63,092 bases of DNA from Elusimicrobia bacterium UBA4817 (lineage in GTDB: Bacteria; Elusimicrobiota; UBA8919), in the NCBI GenBank assembly GCA_002402375.1, contig DHFT01000047.1:1-63092 (forward strand). Reading direction: 5' to 3'. Position numbers and translations under genes: made by a program. Each line of letters starts with the position of its first letter. Within the stretch, counting starts at the first letter, position 1. Positions 63,067 to 63,092 of the stretch are shown here, piece by piece. The notes under the pieces are model-generated. The model saw only the letters and a program-made list of their open reading frames with translations, did no database searches and was not told the origin of the DNA.

Positions 63067-63092
63067 AAAATAACTTTTCCTTGTTTTTTTTG

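Overview
This is an AT-rich chromosomal segment from what looks like an uncultivated, diderm, anaerobic bacterium. Evidence for that: an outer-membrane porin ending in Phe, Wood-Ljungdahl genes, and many palindromic intergenic repeats. No rRNA, tRNA or CRISPR array was recognised. The core content falls into four blocks. (1) A molybdo-hydroxylase supercluster at 1-21.6 kb has three paralogous xanthine-dehydrogenase-family sets (large Mo, small 2Fe-2S and medium FAD subunits), mocA, xdhC, a MoaD/ThiS-like protein and a molybdate/tungstate ABC importer with its own porin. (2) A nucleobase-catabolism block at 25.6-39.8 kb holds panD, dihydropyrimidinase, a fused DPD-like reductase, ssnA, a LarA-like racemase, an FAD oxidase and an orphan fumarase alpha subunit, followed by nupC. 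(3) An ion and osmolyte block at 41.9-48.8 kb holds mgtE, a Na+/H+ antiporter, mscS and treS-maltokinase. (4) A Wood-Ljungdahl block at 48.9-62 kb holds acsB, acsC, acsV (RACo), acsD, a divergent acetate kinase, fhs, fchA and folD; acsA, cooC, acsE and metF are not in the window. Three accessory insertions interrupt these operons. A Fic gene plus a two-methyltransferase/607-aa nuclease restriction-modification (R-M) operon sits between mocA and xdhC. An EcoRV-like R-M pair plus an IS110-family element sits between the DPD-like gene and the ssnA operon. A small ORF, a nucleotidyltransferase and a 544-aa membrane protein sit between acsB and acsC. The most unusual sequence-level signal is the repeat content. 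I see at least four short-repeat families: a ~120-bp terminal-inverted-repeat (TIR) element, CCACAGAG-type palindromes, a conserved-flank hairpin whose stems covary, and tandem heptamers. Several copies lie in frame inside, or supply the C-termini of, otherwise conserved enzymes. All homology calls are by-eye motif recognition; nothing was searched or computed.
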